The notes under the pieces were generated by a model. It did not search any database, was not told the DNA's origin, and worked only from the letters and a program-made list of their open reading frames with translations. The translations under genes and the position numbers were made by a program. Of a DNA stretch of 64,000 nucleotides, positions 61,742 to 64,000 are shown piece by piece (the stretch's first letter is position 1; each line of letters opens with the position of its first letter). Origin of the DNA: Candidatus Latescibacterota bacterium (GTDB lineage Bacteria; Latescibacterota; CBDEFO01); the NCBI GenBank assembly GCA_965248755.1, contig OZ252149.1:1248001-1312000 (forward strand). The letters are read 5' to 3'.

Positions 61742-62674
61742 ATGCTTACAGTAGAAGAGATGAAAGAGCGTTGGCAGGGAGTGTTGGTACCTCTCGTCAC
61801 GGTGTTCAAGGAGGACCTTTCTCTGGATCTTCCCGCCATGGAGAGCAACGTCCAGTGGCTGATAGACAAGGGAGCCCGCATGGGCAACACGATCTTCCTT
61901 GCCGGCGGCAGCGGCGGCGATTTCACTGGCATGAGTACAGCGGAGCGCAAAGAGGTTATCAGGACGGTCGCTGAGGTGGCAGATGGCAGGGTTCCGATGG
62001 TCGCCGGATCACAAAGCACCGATATCAGGGTGTGCATCGAGCTCTGCAATTCCTGCGAGGAACATGGGTACGACTGCGTCCAGCTCGCCGGCCCGTACTA
62101 CTATGACGGGCGTCCCGGCGACTCTATGGCCTGGATGCAGGAAGTGGCCAAGAACACGGATATAGGCTTCGCGGTCTACAACAACTGGTACACCGGCTAC
62201 GACATGCCGATGGACCTGATCGACGAGATATTGGACATAGAAAACAGCATCGCCGTCAAGTGGAGTTCGCCTGATTACTCCACGTATATGGAGGGGGTAC
62301 GCCGCTTCCTGCCGAGGGCTGCAGTGGTGGATAACTGCGGGTTGCCAGTGATGTCCTGTATCCTTGGCGTTCGGACCTACATAAGCCACACTCCTAACTT
62401 CTGTCCCGAACCTTACTGGCGCGTGATAGACTATCTAAAGGAAAGAAAGTACGAAGAAGCACAGGCAGAACTCGATCGTTTCGAGATCCCATGGAAAAAG
62501 CTTAGAGGCGAGTTCGCATCCCAAACCGGCGGCGAAGGGGTCTTTGTACGTCCGGCGATGGAAGCCGCAGGGCTTAAAGCCGGCCATTCACGCCTTCCGT
62601 CTCGAGACGCTGTGATTACGCCCCAACTGCGCGAAGAATTCAAGAAACTCGTAGCTGACATGCAAAACGGCTGA
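61742..62674 (+). CDS. DHDPS/NAL-family protein
   Basis: PLVTVF, GSGGDF, AVYNN, IAVKWS, SRLP. ATG 61742 after AGGAG. Confidence 0.85.
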   Translation: MLTVEEMKERWQGVLVPLVTVFKEDLSLDLPAMESNVQWLIDKGARMGNTIFLAGGSGGDFTGMSTAERKEVIRTVAEVADGRVPMVAGSQSTDIRVCIELCNSCEEHGYDCVQLAGPYYYDGRPGDSMAWMQEVAKNTDIGFAVYNNWYTGYDMPMDLIDEILDIENSIAVKWSSPDYSTYMEGVRRFLPRAAVVDNCGLPVMSCILGVRTYISHTPNFCPEPYWRVIDYLKERKYEEAQAELDRFEIPWKKLRGEFASQTGGEGVFVRPAMEAAGLKAGHSRLPSRDAVITPQLREEFKKLVADMQNG

Positions 62675-62711
62675 CGGTCCTTTTAGAATTGGGAAACGTA
62701 CAGACAGATCT

Positions 62712-62780
62712 GTAGGGGCAGACTCGTGTGTCTGCCCGAAAAAAGTTAGGTAAATTGGCGAACACATGGGTTCACCCCTA
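62712..62780. repeat. GTAG-type REP pair (REPIN-like)
   Basis: GTAGGGGCAGAC-TCGTGT-GTCTGCCC and inverted GGCGAACACATGGGTTCACCCCTA. Confidence 0.7.
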
Positions 62781-62854
62781 TATGAGCGTCTCTGCAACAA
62801 AACGAGATAGTCTTACGAGGGCTTTAAGTGCTCTCATAGATCACAGGGAGAAAA

Positions 62855-63892
62855 ATGAATCAGAACACTATCAAGATAGGAGTTATCGGAGCTGGAGGCA
62901 TATTCAAGAGAAGACACTTTCCCGCCTTAAAGCAAATTGAGGGCGTGGAGGTCATCGCCGTCTGCAACAGGACAAAGGAAAAAGTTGAGACGACGGCCCG
63001 GGAGCTGAACATCCCAAGGGCGGTGACAGATTGGAGAGACATTATCGCGATGGACGATCTGGACGCCGTGATAATTGCAACTCCGCCCTATCTGCACTGC
63101 GAGGCTACAATAGCAGCATTAGACGCGAACAAGCACGTCTTCTGTCAGGCCAGAATGGCCATGAACGTCGAAGAAGCGTTGAGGATGTACAAAAGATCGT
63201 TAGAATCAGACCGCGTGACGATGCTCTGTCCAGCGGACCCAGGGGACAATGCGGGAGACGCTAAGATGAAGGAGTTAGTCGATGCGGGATTCGTCGGAAA
63301 ACCCTACAATATAGTGGTTACGTCGATGAATTCGGCGTACGCCGATCCGGACAAGCCGCTCCACTGGAGACAGATGGATGAGATATCAGGCTTAAACACG
63401 CTCGATGTGGGCATGTACGCAGAGAAGATACACAGTTGGTTCGGTCATTGTAAGAGCGTAGCCGCCGTGGCAAAGCATTTCATAACCCACAGAAGGGTTG
63501 AAGGTTCAAACCAGATGAGAAAGGTCGATAGACCCGACAGCGTGGCCGTTGTAGGCGAGATGGAAAACGGAGCCTTGATCGAATACCACTTCAGCGGGAT
63601 GTCGAGGCCTGACGAGAAGGTAGAGGTCTACGGCTCTGACGGGACTTTGATCTATGATCTTTCCAACTGTCAGATATTCGGAGCAAAATCCGATCAAGAG
63701 GAAGTTTCGACGATACCCATCCCCGAAGAAGGGCTAAGAAAGGTCGAGGCCGATTTCATCGCCGCGATCAGAGATGGAAAGCCTGTGTGGCCCTCATTTT
63801 ACGATGGATTGAAGTACATGGAGTTCACAGAGGCTGTGTTCCGCGCAGCCGATGAGAAGAAAACCATATCCTTACCCCTTGAAGGGTACTAA
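62855..63892 (+). CDS. Gfo/Idh/MocA family oxidoreductase
   Basis: IGVIGAGG, VCNR, DAVIIATPPYLH, KHVFCQARMA (variant of EKP). Confidence 0.9.
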   Translation: MNQNTIKIGVIGAGGIFKRRHFPALKQIEGVEVIAVCNRTKEKVETTARELNIPRAVTDWRDIIAMDDLDAVIIATPPYLHCEATIAALDANKHVFCQARMAMNVEEALRMYKRSLESDRVTMLCPADPGDNAGDAKMKELVDAGFVGKPYNIVVTSMNSAYADPDKPLHWRQMDEISGLNTLDVGMYAEKIHSWFGHCKSVAAVAKHFITHRRVEGSNQMRKVDRPDSVAVVGEMENGALIEYHFSGMSRPDEKVEVYGSDGTLIYDLSNCQIFGAKSDQEEVSTIPIPEEGLRKVEADFIAAIRDGKPVWPSFYDGLKYMEFTEAVFRAADEKKTISLPLEGY

Positions 63893-63918
63893 TCCGATTA
63901 ATTCATAAACTTGCTGGA

Positions 63919-63952
63919 GTCATTGCGAGGAGCAAAGCGACGAAGCAATCTC
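63919..63952. repeat. REP/RPE-like palindromic repeat
   Basis: GTCATTGCGAGGAGCAAAGCGACGAAGCAATCTC downstream of the last gene. Confidence 0.6.
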
Positions 63953-64000
63953 AAGGTTTTATAGTGGTCTCCTTATGAGAGCCGGAGAGTATTACATCTA

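Noticed and set aside
1..64000. CRISPR array, retron or DGR
   Set aside because: No regularly spaced repeats, no cas gene and no reverse transcriptase (YxDD) ORF seen. The 24-bp palindromes are dispersed, not arrayed.

Overview
A bacterial window, diderm and probably FCB-group-like (inferred from FlgD-type 'QNxPNPFNP' and dockerin secreted proteins, an outer-membrane barrel fragment and expanded DHDPS/Gfo/GH-like genes). It is a mosaic of mobile and decaying DNA. 0.5-24 kb is an AT-rich integrative, phage/plasmid-like island. It holds a coupled HerA + AAA ATPase + HExxH/vWA operon, SSB and Rad52-like recombination genes, a TA pair, an archaeal-style tyrosine integrase and a second HerA-nuclease gene. 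It also carries an inserted operon for a secreted 12-Cys peptide with redoxins, a beta-propeller, a CBM9-TPR protein and an FlgD protein. 24-40.5 kb is a defence and IS graveyard: gene fragments, IS1380, a type IIG RM gene with a stop-disrupted N-terminus, Gabija with gajB hit twice by one IS3-family element, an IS481/IS1202-like element with a 15-16 bp target duplication, and a tRNA-Arg(CCG) att fragment beside a dead integrase. 41-64 kb is mostly catabolic genes: two orphan integron cassettes with attC sites, a two-amidohydrolase + Rieske oxygenase-like trio and a tandem DHDPS-like duplication. A ~24-bp palindrome occurs four times, and two copies are shown to be insertions by comparing sister IS copies. 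No CRISPR array, rRNA, intact tRNA or reverse transcriptase was seen.
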